Below, piece after piece: positions 1 through 12,896 of a DNA stretch of 64,000 bases (positions are counted from its first letter, which is position 1; each line of letters starts with the position of its first letter). The stretch is taken from contig JASTWF010000033.1 of NCBI GenBank assembly GCA_030390025.1, positions 1,304,001 to 1,368,000 of the forward strand. Direction: 5' to 3'. The notes under the pieces were generated by a model that worked only from the letters and a program-made list of their open reading frames with translations, searched no databases and had not been told where the DNA came from. The position numbers and the translations under genes are program-made. This DNA comes from Squalus acanthias. Taxonomy: Eukaryota.

Positions 1-3000
1 ATGAGAGAGACGGTGTGTGAGTGAGGGAGTCTGAGAGACAGTGTGTGAGAGAGTGAGACTGACAGACAGTGTGTGAGAGAGTGAGACAGAGAGACAGTGT
101 GTGAGAGAGTGAGTCTGAAAGTGTGTGTGAGAGAGTGAGTCTGAGAGAGAGAGTGTGAGAGAGTTTGAGCGAGACAGTGTGTGAGAGAGTGAGTCTGAGA
201 GAGAGACAGTGTGTGAGAGAGTGAGTCTGAGAGTGTGTGTGAGAGACTGAGTCTGAGAGAGCTGGTGTTTGAGAGAGTGAGTTTGAGAGAGACAGTGTGT
301 GCGATAGTGAGTCTGAAAGAGACATTGTGTGAGAATGAGTCTGAAAGACAGTGTGTGATTGTGAGTCTGAGAGAAACGGTGTGTGAGAGAGTGAGTCTGA
401 GAGAGACAGTGTGTGAGAGAGAGTCTGAGAGAGACAGTGTGAGAGAGTGACTCTGAGAGACGCAGCGTGTGAGAGAGTGAGTCTGAGAGAGAGACAGTGT
501 GTGAGAGAGTGAGTCTGAGAGAGAGAGTGTGTGAGACAGTGAGTGTTAGAGTGTGTGAGAGAGTCTGAGAGAGTGTGTGAGAGTGTGTGGCTGAGAGAGA
601 CGGTGTGTGAGAGAGTGAGTCTGAGAGAGAAAGTGAGTGAGAGAGTGAGTCTGAGAGAGACAGTGTGAGAGAGTGAGTCTGAGAGAGATAGTGTGTGAGA
701 GAGTGAGTCTGAGAGAGACAGTGGGTGAGAGAGTGAGTCTGAGAGAGAGACAGTGTGTGAGAGAGTGAGTCTGAGAGAGAGAGAGTGTGTGAGAAAGTGA
801 GTCTGACAGAGACAGTGTTATTTTAGAGCGTGAGCCTGAGAGAGATAGCGAGAGAGAGTCTGAGAGAGACAGTGTTTGAGAGAGTGAGTCTGAGAGAGAC
901 AGTAACAGAGAGAGTGAGTCTGAGAGAGACAGTGTGTGAGAGAGTGAGTCTGAGAGAGACAGTGAGAGAGAGAGTGAGTCTGAGAGAGACAGTGTGTGTG
1001 AGAGAGAGTCTGAGAGAGACAGCGTGTGAGAGAGTGAGTCTGACAGAAAGTGTGTGAGAGAGTGAGACTGAGAGAGACAGTGTGTGTGAGAGAGAGTCTG
1101 AGAGAGACAGTGTGTCAGAGAGTGAGACTGAGAGACAGTGTTTGAGAGAGAGTCTGAGGGAGACAGTGTGTGAGAGAGTGAGTTAGACAGAAAGTGTGTG
1201 AGAGAGTGAGACTGAGAGAGACAGTGTGTGAGAAAGTGAGTCTGAGAGAGAGGCAATGTTTGAGAGAGTGAGTCTGAGAGAGACAGTGTATGAGAGAGTG
1301 AGTCTGAGAGAGAGAGTGTATGAGAGAGTGAGTCTGAGAGAGAGTGTGTGTGAGAGATTGAATCTGAGAGAGTGTGTGAGAGATAGTCTGAGAGAGACAG
1401 TGCGTGAGCGAGTGAGTCTGAGAGAGATGGTCTTAGATAGACCGTGTATGAGCGAGCGAGTCAGATACAGTGTGTGAGAATGTGAGTCAGAGAGACAGTG
1501 TGTGAGAGAGAGTCTGAGAGAGAGTGTGTGAGGGAGTGAGTGTGAGAGAGTGAGTGTGAGAGACGTTGTGTGAGAGAGTGAGTCTGAGAGAGAGTGTGTG
1601 AGGGAGTGAGTCTGACAGACAGTGCGTGAGAGAGTGAATGTTTGAGAATGTGTGAGAGAGAGAGAGAGTCTGAGAGAGACAGTGTATGAGAGAGTGAGTT
1701 TAAGAGAGAGAGTGTGTGTGAGAGAGTGATTCTGAGAGAGAGTGTGTGTGAGAGAGTGAGTCTGAGAGTGACGGTGTGTGAGAGTGTGAGTGTGAGAGAG
1801 TGAGGGTGAGAGAGTAAGTGTAAGATAGTGAGTGTGAGAGAGTGAGTGTGAGAGAGTGTGTGAGAGAGAGTGTGAGAGTGTGTGAGAGAGAGTGAAAGAG
1901 AGTGAGGGAGAGAGTGTGAGAGAGAGTGTGAGAGAGAGTGTGAGAGAGAGTATGAGAGGGAGTGTGAGAGAGAGTGTGAGAGAGAGTGTGAGAGAGTGTG
2001 TGAGAGAGAGTGTGAGAGAGAGTGTGAGAGTGAGTGTGAGAGTGAGTGTGAGAGAGTGTGAGAGTGAGTGTGAGAGTGAGTGTGAGAGTGAGTGTGAGAG
2101 AGTGTGTGAGAGAGTGTGAGTGCGAGAGAGTGAGTGAGAGAGAGTGTGTGAGAGAGAGTGAAAGAGAGTGTCTGAGAGAGACAGTGTGCGAGAGAGTGAG
2201 TCTGAGAGAGACAGAGTGTGAGAGAGTGAGTCTGAGAGAGACAGTGTATGAGAGAGTGAGTCTGAGAGAGATGGTCTCAGAGAGTCCGAAAATGAGAGAG
2301 TGAGTCAGATACAGTGTGTGAGAGAGTGAGTCTGAGAGAGAAAGTGTGTGAGAGAGAGTCTGAGAGAGACAGTGTGCGAGAGTGAGCGTGAGAGAGTGAG
2401 TGTGAGAGACGTTGTGAGAGAGTGAGCCAGATAGACAGTATGTGACAGAGTGAGGCTGAGAGAGAGTGTGTGAGGGAGTGAGTCTGACAGACAGTGTGTG
2501 AGAGAGTGAATGTGTGAGAATCTGTGAGAGAGAGAGAGTCTGAGAGAGACAGTGTATGAGAGAGTGAGTTTAAGAGAGAGAGTGTGTGTGAGAGAGTGTT
2601 TCTGAGAGAGAGTGTGAGTAAGAGAGTGAGTCTGAGAGAGAGGGTGTGTGAGAGAGAGTGAGTATGAGAGAGTGAGTGTGTGAGAGTGAGTGTGAGAGAG
2701 TGAGTGTGAGAGAGTGTGTGAGAGAGAGTGTGTGAGAGAGTTTTGTGAGAGAGAGTGAGAGAGTGCGAGAGAGTGAGTGAGAGAGATTGTGAGAGAGAGT
2801 GTTAGAGAGAGTGTGAGAGAGAGAGTGAGATAGAGTGTGAGAGAGAGTGTGAGAGAGATTGTGAGAGTGAGTGTGAGAGTGAGTGTGAGAGTGAGTGTGA
2901 GAGAGTGTGAGAGTGAGTGAGAGAGTGAGTGTGAGAGTGAGTGTGAGAGAGTGTGTGAGAGAGTGTGAGTGTGAGAGAGTGAGTGTGTGATAGTGTGTGA

Positions 3001-6000
3001 GAGAGAGTGTGAGAGTGAGTGTGAGAGTGAGTGTGAGAGTGAGTGTGAGAGAGTGTGAGAGTGAGTGTGAGAGCGTGTCTAAGAGAGTGTGAGTGTGAGA
3101 GAGACAGTGTGTGAAAGAGAGTGTGAGAGAGAGTGTGAGAGAGAGTGAGTCTGAGAGAGACAGTGTGTGAGAGAGAGTGTGAGAGAGAGAGTGTGAAAGA
3201 GAGTGAGTCTGAGAGAGACAGTGTGTGAGAGAGAGTCTGAGAGACACGGTTTGTGAGTGAGGGAGTCTGAGAGACAGTGTGTGAGAGAGTGAGACTGACA
3301 GACAGTGTGTGCGAGAGTGAGACAGAGAGACAGTGTGTGAGAGAGTGAGTCTGAGAGTGTGTGAGAGAGACTGAGTCTGAGAGAGCTGGTGTTTGAGAGA
3401 GTGAGTTTGAGAGAGACAGTGTGTGCGAGAGTGAGTCTGAAAGAGAAATTGCGTGAGACTGAGTCTGAAAGATAATGTGTGAGAGTGAGTCTGAGAGAAA
3501 CGGAGTGTGAGAGAGTGAGTCTGAGAGAGACAGTGTGTGAGAGAGAGTCTGAGAGAGACAGTGTGAGAGAATGTGTCTGAGAGACGCAGCGTGTGAGAGA
3601 GTGAGTCTGAGAGAGACGGTGTCTGAGAGAGACAGTGTGTGAGACAGTGAGTGTTAGAGTGTGTGAGAGAGTCTGAGAGAGTGTGTGAGAGTGTGTGGCT
3701 GAGAGACACGGTGTGTGAGAGAGTGAGTCTGAGAGAGAAAGTGAGTGAGAGAGTGAGTCTGAGAGACAGTGTGTGAGAGAGAGTCTGAGAGAGACAGTGT
3801 GAGAGAGTGAGTCTGAGAGAGACAGTGTGTGAGAGAGTGAATCTGAGAGAGACAGTGGGTGAGAGAGTGAGCCTGAGAGAGAGAGAGGGTGTGAGAAAGA
3901 GAGTCTGACAGAGACAGTGTTATTTTAGAGCGTGAGCCTGAGAGAGACAGTGAAAGAGAGTCTGAGAGAGACAGTGTTTGAGAGAGTGAGTCTGAGAGAG
4001 ACAGTGTGTGAGAGAGAGTCTGAGAGAGACAGTGTGAGAGAGAGAGTCTGAGAGAGACAGTGTGAGAGAGTGAGTCTGAGAGACGCAGCGTGTGAGAGAG
4101 TGAGTCTGAGAGAGACGGTGTCAGAGAGATAGTGTGTGAGACAGTGAGTGTTAGAGTGTGTGAGAGAGTCTGAGAGAGTTTGTGAGAGTGTGTGGCTGAG
4201 AGAGACGGTGTGTGAGAGAGTGAGTCTGAGAGAGAAAGTGAGTGAGAGAGTGAGTCTGAGAGAGAGTGTGTGAGAGAGAGTCTGAGAGAGACAGTGTGAG
4301 AGAGTGAGTCTGAGAGAGACGGTGTGTGAGAGATTGATTCTGAGAGAGACAGTGGGTGAGAGAGTGAGCCTGAGAGAGAAAGAGTGTGTGAGAAAGTGAG
4401 TCTGACAGAGACAGTGTTATTTTAGAGCGTGAGCCTGAGAGAGACTGTGAGAGAGAGTCTGAGAGAGACAGTGTTTGAGAGAGTGAGTCTGAGAGAGACA
4501 GTAACAGAGAGAGTGAGTCTGAGAGAGACAGTATGTGAGAGAGAGAGTCTGAGAGAGACAGTGAGAGAGAGTGAGTCTGAGAGACGCAGTGTGTGAGAGA
4601 GTGAGTCTGAGAGAGACGGTGAGTGAGAGAGAGTCTGAGAGAGACAGTGTGAGAGAGTGAGTCTGAGAGACGCAGTGTGTGAGAGAGTGAGTCTGAGAGA
4701 GACGGTGAGTGAGAGAGAGTCTGAGAGAGACAGTGTGAGAGAGTGAGTCTGAGAGACGCAGTGTGTGAGAGAGTGAGTCTGAGAGAGACGGTGTCTGAGA
4801 GAGTGAGTCTGAGAGAGAAAGTGTGTGAGAGAGTGAGTCTGAGAGAGAGTGTGTGAGAGAGAGTCTGAGATAGACAGTGTGAGAGATTGAGTCTGAGAGA
4901 GACAGTGTGTGAGAGAGCGAATCTGAGAAGACAGTGGTTGAGAGAGTTAGCCAGAGAGAGAGTGTGTGTGAGAAAGTCAGACTGACAGAGAAAGTGTTTT
5001 TTTAGAGCATGAGCCTGAGAGAGACAGCGAGAGAGAGTCTGAGAGAGACAGTGTTTGAGAGAGTGAGTCTGAAGAGACAGTAAGAGAGAGAGAGAGTCTG
5101 AGAGAGACAGTGTGTGAGAGAGTGAGTCTGAGAGAGACAGTGAGAGAGAGAGTGAGTCTGAGAGAGACAGTGTGTGTGAGAGAGAGTCTGAGAGAGACGG
5201 TGTGTGTGAGAGTGAGACTGAGAGACAGTGTTTGAGAGAGAGTCTGAGAGAGACAGTGTGTGAGAGAGTGAGTCTGAGAGAGAGACAGTGTGTGAGAGAG
5301 TGAGTCTGAGAGAGCTGGTGTTTGAGAGAGTGAGTTTGAGAGAGACAGTGTGTGCGAGAGTGAGTCTGAAAGAGACTGTTTGTGAGACTGATTCTGAGAG
5401 ACAGCGTGTGAGAGTGAGTTTGTGAGAGACGTTGTGTGAGAGAGAGTCTGAGAGAGACAGTGTGAGAGTTTGAGTCTGAGAGACGCAGTGTGTGAGAGAG
5501 TGAGTCTGAGAGAGACGGTGTCTGAGAGAGTGAGTCTGAGAGAGACAGTGTGTGTGAGAGAGAGTCTGAGAGAGACGGTGTGTGTGAGAGTGAGACTGAG
5601 AGACAGTGTTTGAGAGAGAGTCTGAGAGAGACAGTGTGTGAGAGAGTGAGTCTGACAGAAAGTGTGTGAGAGAGTGAGACTGAGAGAGACAGTGTGTGAG
5701 AAAGTGAGTCTGAGAGAGAGGCAATGTATGAGAGAGTGAGTCTGAGAGAGACAGTGTATGAGAGAGTGAGTCTGAGAGAGAGTGTATGAGAGAGTGTGTC
5801 TGAGAGAGAGAGTGTGTGAGAGATTGAAACTGAGAGAGTGTGTGAGAGATAGTCTGAGAGAGACAGTGAGTGAGATAGTGAATCTGAGAGAGATGGTCTG
5901 AGAGAGACCGTGTATGAGCGAGTGAGTCAGATACAGTGTGTGAGAGAGTGAGTCTGAGAGAGACAGTGTGAGAGAGCGAGTCTGAGAGAGACAGTGTGTG

Positions 6001-7496
6001 AGAGAGTGAATGTGTGAGAATGTGTGAGAGAGAGTCTGAGAGATACAGTTTATGAGAGAGTGAGTTAAAGAGAGAGAGTGTGTTTCAGAGAGTGATTCTG
6101 AGAGAGAGTGTGTGTGAGAGAGTGAGTCTGAGAGAGACGGTGTGTGAGAGTGTGAGTGTGCGAGAGTTAGGGTGAGAGTGTATGTGTGAGAGAGTGACTG
6201 TGAGAGAGTGAGTGTGTGAGAGTGTGTGAGAGAGAGTGTGAGAGACAGTGTGTGAGAGAGAGTGAAAGGGAGTGTGAGAGAGAGTGTGAGAGTGAGTGTG
6301 AGAGGGAGTGTGAGAGAGAGTGTGAGAGAGAGTGTGAGAGAGCGTGTGAGAGAGAGTGTGAGAGAGAGTGTGAGAGTGAGTGTGAGAGTGAGTGTGAGAG
6401 AGTGAGTGTGAGAGTGAGTGTGAGAGTGAGTGTGAGAGAGTGTGTGAGAGAGTGTGAGTGTGAGAGAGTGAGTGTGAGAGAGTGCGTGAGAGAGAGTGTG
6501 AGAGAGACTGTGAGAGTGAGTGTGAGAGAGAGTGTGACAGAGAGAGTGAGAGAGAAACAGTGTGTGGGAGAGAGTCTGAGAGAGAGAGTGTGAGAGAGAG
6601 TGAGTCTGAGAGAGACAGTGTCTGTGAGAGTGAGTATGAGAGAGCCGATGTGTGAGAGAGGGAATCTGAGAGACAGTGTGTGAGAGAGTGAGACTGACAG
6701 ACAGTGTGTGAGAGAGTGAGACAGAGAGACAGTGTGTGAGACAGTGAGTCTGAGAGTGTGTGTGAGAGAGTGAGTCTGAGAGAAAGAGTGTGAGAGAGGC
6801 TGAGCGAGACAGTGTGTGAGAGAGTGAGTCTGAGAGAGCTGGTGTTTGAGAGAGTGAGTTTGAGAGAGACAGTGTGTGTGGGATTGAGTCTGAAAGAGAC
6901 AGTTTGTGAGACTGAGTCTGAGAGACAGCGTGTGAGAGTGAGTTTGTGAGAGACGCTGTGTGAGAGAGTGAGACTGAGTGAGACAGTGAGTGAGAGAGAG
7001 TCTGAGAGAGACAGTGTGAGAGAGTGAGTCTGAGAGACGCAGTGTGTGAGAGAGTGAGTCTGAGAGAGACGGTGTCTGAGAGAGTGAGTCTGAGAGAGAA
7101 AGTGTGTGAGAGAGTGAGTCTGAGAGAGAGTGTGTGAGAGAGAGTCTGAGATAGACAGTGTGAGAGAGTGAGTCTGAGAGAGACAGTGTGTGAGAGAGCG
7201 AATCTGAGAAGACAGTGGTTGAGAGAGTTAGCCTGAGAGAGAGTGTGTGTGAGAAAGTCAGACTGACAGAGACAGTGTTTTTTAGAGCGTGAGCCTGAGA
7301 GAGAGAGCGAAAGAGAGTCTGAGAGAGACAGTGTTTGAGAGAGTGAGTCTGAGAGAGACAGTAAGAGAGAGAGAGAGTCTGAGAGAGACAGTGTGTGAGA
7401 GAGTGAGTCTGAGAGAGACAGTGAGAGAGAGAGTGAGTCTGAGAGAGACAGTGTGTGTGAGAGAGAGTCTGAGAGAGACGGTGTGTGTGAGAGTGA
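1..7496. repeat. GA/GT-rich satellite, ~30-bp basic unit (GAGAGAGTGAGTCTGAGAGAGACAGTGTGT) with kb-scale higher-order duplications
   Basis: Continuous degenerate tandem repeat. Rare markers recur (TTTTAGAGCRTGAGCCTGAG near 820, 3923, 4420, 5000, 7280; AGGCAATGT near 1251 and 5719). All ORFs here are low-complexity translations. Confidence 0.95.
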
Positions 7497-7696
7497 NNNN
7501 NNNNNNNNNNNNNNNNNNNNNNNNNNNNNNNNNNNNNNNNNNNNNNNNNNNNNNNNNNNNNNNNNNNNNNNNNNNNNNNNNNNNNNNNNNNNNNNNNNNN
7601 NNNNNNNNNNNNNNNNNNNNNNNNNNNNNNNNNNNNNNNNNNNNNNNNNNNNNNNNNNNNNNNNNNNNNNNNNNNNNNNNNNNNNNNNNNNNNNNN
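7497..7696. other. Assembly gap (200 N)
   Basis: Exactly 200 Ns, which looks like a fixed-size scaffold spacer, so true distance and adjacency are unknown. Confidence 0.99.
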
Positions 7697-8760
7697 CGGG
7701 GGGGGCGGGGGAATGAGCTGAACTGGCTCACAATACAGGGGCTGGGCCAGGGGGGGAATGAGCTGAACCGGCTCACAATACAGGGGCTGGCCAGGGGGGG
7801 GGTGGGGGGGGAATGAGCTGAACCGGCTCACAATACAGGGCCTGGGGCGGGGGGGGGGAATGAGCTGAACCGGCTCACAATACAGGGCTGGGCCGGCGGG
7901 GAATGAGCTGAACGGCTCACAATACAGGGCCTGGGGCGGGCGGGGGGAATGAGCTGAACCGGCTCACAATACAGGGGCTGGGCCGGGGGGGGAATGAGCT
8001 GAACCGGCTCACAATACAGGGGCTGGGCCGGGGGGGGGGAATGAGCTGAACCGGCTCACAATACAGGGGGCTGGGGCCGGGGGGGAAATGAGCTGAACCG
8101 GCTCACAATACAGGGGCTGGGGGGCGGGGGGGAATGAGCTGAACCGGCTCACAATACAGGGGCTGCGCCGGGGGGGGAGGGGGAATGAGCTTGAAGTGGC
8201 TCACAATACAGGGGGCTGGGCCGGGGCGGGGGGGAGGGAATGAGCTGAACCGGCTCACAATACAGGGGCTGGGCCGGGGGGGGAAGGAGCTGAACCGGCT
8301 CACAATACAGGGGCTGGGCCGGGGGGGGAAATGAGCTGAACCGGCTCACAATACAGGGCCTGGGCGGGGGGGGGGGGGAATGAGCTGACCGGCTCACAAT
8401 ACAGGGGCTGGGCCGGGGGGGGGAATGAGCTGAACCGGCTCACAATACAGGGGCTGGGCCGGGGGGGGGAATGAGCTGAACCGGCTCACAATACAGGGGC
8501 TGGGGCGGGGGGGGGGGGATGAGCTGAACCGGCTCACAATACAGGGCCTGGGGCGGGGGGGGGGGAATGAGCTGAACCGGCTCACAATACAGGGGCTGGG
8601 CCGGGGGGGGGAATGAGCTAAACCGGCTCACAATACAGGGGCTGGGCCGGGGGGGGGGCGGAATGAGCTGAACCGGCTCACAATACAGGGGCTGGGCCGG
8701 GGGGGCGGAATGAGCTGAACCGGCTCACAATACAGGGGCTGGGCCGGGGGGCGGGGGAGG
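7697..8760. repeat. G-rich minisatellite, ~46-55-bp unit (GAATGAGCTGAACCGGCTCACAATACAGGGGCTGGGCC-Gn), about 20 copies
   Basis: Near-invariant core separated by poly-G runs of variable length. Confidence 0.95.
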
Positions 8761-9896
8761 GCGCGTTGGCTTCAGGCAGTTTGGACACAAAACGGCGCAT
8801 TTCCGCCCAGAGCGGTGAAAATTTACTGTGAGGAAAATCTCCAAACTAAACACACAGCCCCGGAACTGGTGATCTGAGAAAAGGGACAAAATCAAACAAG
8901 TACTCGGCCTTCAAATTTAATTTTTAGTAAGCAGATAAAAATCTACATGATATTATTTCAGGCTTTCAATATTGTTCTCATTTTCTGCTCTGCCTTAATT
9001 AGATCCCCCGGTGAATGACAGAGTGATTGATAGAGGCGCACAACTGGAATTAAACAGGGATTGTAGACTGAGGAACAACAGCAGGTGAACCAGCACAGGA
9101 TTGTGAGAGCTCTAACCAGAGAACCCTTCCGATTCAAAGAGCTTCCAGAGATCGACTGGGGAGAAAGGTCAGAGAGAGCCCCATTGACTCAGATACACAC
9201 TGGTCCTGGAGATGGACTGGGGAGAATGGTCAGAGAGAGTCCCATTGACTCAAATACACACTGGTCCTGGAGATGGACTGGGGAGCAAGGTCGGAGAGAG
9301 TCCCATTGACTCAGATACACACTGGTCCTGGAGATGGATTGGGGAGAAAGGGCAGAGAGAGTCCCATTGACTCAGATACACACTGGTCCTGGAGATGGAC
9401 TGGGGAGAAAGGTCAGAGAGTCCCATTGACTCAGATACACACTGGTCCTGGAGATGGATTGGGGAGAAAGGGCAGAGAGAGTCCCATTGACTCAGATACA
9501 CACTGGTCCTGGAGATGGACTGGGGAGAAAGGTCAGAGAGTCCCATTGACTCAGATACACACTGGTCCTGGAGATGGACTGGGTAGAAAGGTCAGAGATT
9601 CCCATTGACTCAGATACACACTGGTCCTGGAGATGGATTGGGGAGAAAGGTCAGAGAGAGTCCCATTGACTCAGATACACACCGGTCCTGGAGATAGACC
9701 GGGGAGAAAGGTCAGAGAGAGTCCCATTGACTCAGATACACACTGGTCCTGGAGATGGACTGGGGAGAAAGGTCAGAGAGTCCCACTGACTCAGATACAC
9801 ACTGGTCCTGGAGATGGACTGGGAGAAAGGTTAGAGAGAGAGTCCCATTGACTCAGATACACACTGGTCCTGGAGATGGACTGGGAGAAAGGTCAG

Positions 9897-11213
9897 AGAA
9901 CATAAGAAGTAGGAGCAGGAGTCGGCCATATGGCCCCTCGGGCCTGCTCCGCCATTCAATAGGATCATGGCTGATCCGAACCTAGACTCACGTCCACTTC
10001 CCTGCCCGCTCCCCATAACCCTTAATTCCCTTATCAGCTAGGAAACTGTCCATCTCCGTTTTAAATTTATTTAATGTTGCAGCTTCCACAGCTCTCTGAG
10101 GTAGCAAATTCCATAGATTTACTACCCTCTGAGTGAAGAAGTTTCTCCTCATCTCAGTTTTGAAACGGCAGCCCCTTATTCTAAGATTATGCCCCTTAGT
10201 TCTAGTCTCACCCATTAGTGGAAACTTCCTCCCCGCCTCCACCCGATCAAGCCCCCTCACAATCTTATATGTTTCGATAAGATCACCTCTCATTCTTCTG
10301 TATTCCAATGAGTGGAGGCCCAACCTACTCAACCTTTCCTCATAAGTCAACCCCCTCATCTCCGGAATCAACCGAGTGAACCTTCTCTGAACTGCCTCTA
10401 GAGCAAGTATATCTTTTCTTAAATATGGAAACCAAAACTGTACGCAGTACTCCAGGTGTGGCCTTACCAGTACCCTGTATAGCTGAAGCAAGACATCCCT
10501 GCTTTTATACTCCATCCCCCTTGCAATAAAAGCCAAGATTCTTGTTCTTATAATTAGGGGTTACGGGGAGCGGGCAGGAAATTGGACATGAGGCTGAGTT
10601 CGGATCGGTCAAGTCCCTGTGGGTGGCGGAGCGGGCCCAGGGGCTGAGTGGCCGGGTCCTGCTCCTACTTCTTGTGTTCTTTAGATTTGAGGTTAGGATC
10701 AGATCAGCCATGATCTTATTGAATGGCGGAGCAGGCTCGAGGGGCCGATTGGCCTACTCCTGCTCCTATTTCTTATGTTCTTATGTTCTTATTCCATTGG
10801 CCTTCCTGATCACCTGCTGTACCTGCATACTAACCTTCTGTATTTCATGCACCAGGACCCAGAGATCCCTTTGTACTGCAGCACTTTGCAGTTTCTTTCC
10901 ATTTAGATAATAACTTGCTCTTTGATTTTTTCTGCCAAAGTGCATAACCTCACACTTTCCAACATTATATTCCATCTGCCAAATTTCTGCCCACTCACTT
11001 AGCCTGTCTATGTCCTTTTGCATGTTTTTTATGTCCTCCTCACTCACTGCTTTCCCTCCCATCTTTGTATCGTCTGCAAACTTGGATACGTTGCACTTGT
11101 TCCCCTCCTCCAAATCGTTAAAATAGATTGTAAAGAGTTGGGTCCCAGCACTGACCCCTGCGGAACACCACTAGTTACTGATTGCCAACCCGAGAATGAA
11201 CCATTTATCCCAA
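9897..11213 (-). mobile_element. 5'-truncated CR1 LINE (RT C-terminal part and 3' UTR), copy 1
   Basis: Minus-strand ORFs with GVPQG, KFADDTK, RPHLEYCVQFW and RGDLIETYK; AACATAAGAA tail at the left end. Confidence 0.93.
10542..10790 (+). mobile_element. Short CR1 3'-end copy nested antisense inside CR1 copy 1
   Basis: Interrupts the host RT frame, ends in (TTCTTATG)n, is flanked by ATTC on both sides, and is similar to the reverse complement of 31446-31660. Confidence 0.85.
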
Positions 11214-11578
11214 GAGAGAGTCCCATTGACTCAGATACACACTGGTCCTGGAGATGGACTGGGGAGAAAGATCAGAGAGAGTCCCATTGACTCCGATACA
11301 CACTGGTCCTGGAGATTGTCTGGGGAGAAAGGTCAGAGAGAGTCCCATTGACTCAGATACACACTGGTCCTGGAGATAGACCGGGGAGAAAGGTCAGAGA
11401 GAGTCCCATTGACTCAGATACACACTGGTCCTGGAGATGGACTGGGGAGAAAGGTCAGAGAGTCCCACTGACTCAGATACACACTGGTCCTGGAGATGGA
11501 CTGGGAGAAAGGTTAGAGAGAGAGTCCCATTGACTCAGATACACACTGGTCCTGGAGATGGACTGGGAGAAAGGTCAG

Positions 11579-12896
11579 AGAACATAAGAAGTAGGAGCAG
11601 GAGTCGGCCATATGGCCCCTCGGGCCTGCTCCGCCATTCAATAGGATCATGGCTGATCCGAACCTAGACTCACGTCCACTTCCCTGCCCGCTCCCCATAA
11701 CCCTTAATTCCCTTATCAGCTAGGAAACTGTCCATCTCCGTTTTAAATTTATTTAATGTTGCAGCTTCCACAGCTCTCTGAGGTAGCAAATTCCATAGAT
11801 TTACTACCCTCTGAGTGAAGAAGTTTCTCCTCATCTCAGTTTGGAAACGGCAGCCCCTTATTCTAAGATTATGCCCCTTAGTTCTAGTCTCACCCATTAG
11901 TGGAAACTTCCTCCCCGCCTCCACCCGATCAAGCCCCCTCACAATCTTATATGTTTCGATAAGATCACCTCTCATTCTTCTGTATTCCAATGAGTGGAGG
12001 CCCAACCTACTCAACCTTTCCTCATAAGTCAACCCCCTCATCTCCGGAATCAACCGAGTGAACCTTCTCTGAACTGCCTCTAGAGCAAGTATATCTTTTC
12101 TTAAATATGGAAACCAAAACTGTACGCAGTACTCCAGGTGTGGCCTTACCAGTACCCTGTATTGCTGAAGCAAGACATCCCTGCTTTTATACTCCATCCC
12201 CCTTGCAATAAAAGCCAAGATTCTTGTTCTTATAATCAGGGGTTACGGGGAGCGGGCAGGAAATTGGACATGAGGCTGAGTTCGGATCGGTCAAGGCCCT
12301 GTGGGTGGCGGAGCGGGCCCAGGGGCTGAGTGGCCGGGTCCTGCTCCTACTTCTTGTGTTCTTTAGATTTGAGGTTAGGATCAGATCAGCCATGATCTTA
12401 TTGAATGGCGGAGCAGGCTCGAGGGGCCGATTGGCCTACTCCTGCTCCTATTTCTTATGTTCTTATGTTCTTATTCCATTGGCCTTCCTGATCACCTGCT
12501 GTACCTGCATACTAACCTTCTGTATTTCATGCACCAGGACCCAGAGATCCCTTTGTACTGCAGCACTTTGCAGTTTCTTTCCATTTAGATAATAACTTGC
12601 TCTTTGATTTTTTCTGCCAAAGTGCATAACCTCACACTTTCCAACATTATATTCCATCTGCCAAATTTCTGCCCACTCACTTAGCCTGTCTATGTCCTTT
12701 TGCATGTTTTTTATGTCCTCCTCACTCACTGCTTTCCCTCCCATCTTTGTATCGTCTGCAAACTTGGATACGTTGCACTTGGTCCCCTCCTCCAAATCGT
12801 TAAAATAGATTGTAAAGAGTTGGGGTCCCAGCACTGACCCCTGCGGAACACCACTAGTTACTGATTGCCAACCCGAGAATGAACCATTTATCCCAA
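11579..12896 (-). mobile_element. 5'-truncated CR1 LINE, copy 2 (tandem duplicate of 9897-11213 including the nested insert)
   Basis: Offset of 1682 bp, same truncation point, same nested element, only a handful of differences. Confidence 0.93.

Noticed and set aside
235..7831. Long Ser/Leu/His/Thr- and Arg/Glu/Val-rich ORFs
   Set aside because: Translations of the GA/GT satellite; some run through the N gap.
7697..8760. CRISPR-like look (conserved hairpin repeat with variable spacers)
   Set aside because: The spacers are only G-runs of varying length, there are no cas genes, and the context is eukaryotic.
9003..9084. Short coding exon DPPVNDRVIDRG...
   Set aside because: The acceptor is plausible, but the donor is weak and the open frame ends in phase 2, incompatible with exon A; kept only as a possible UTR boundary.
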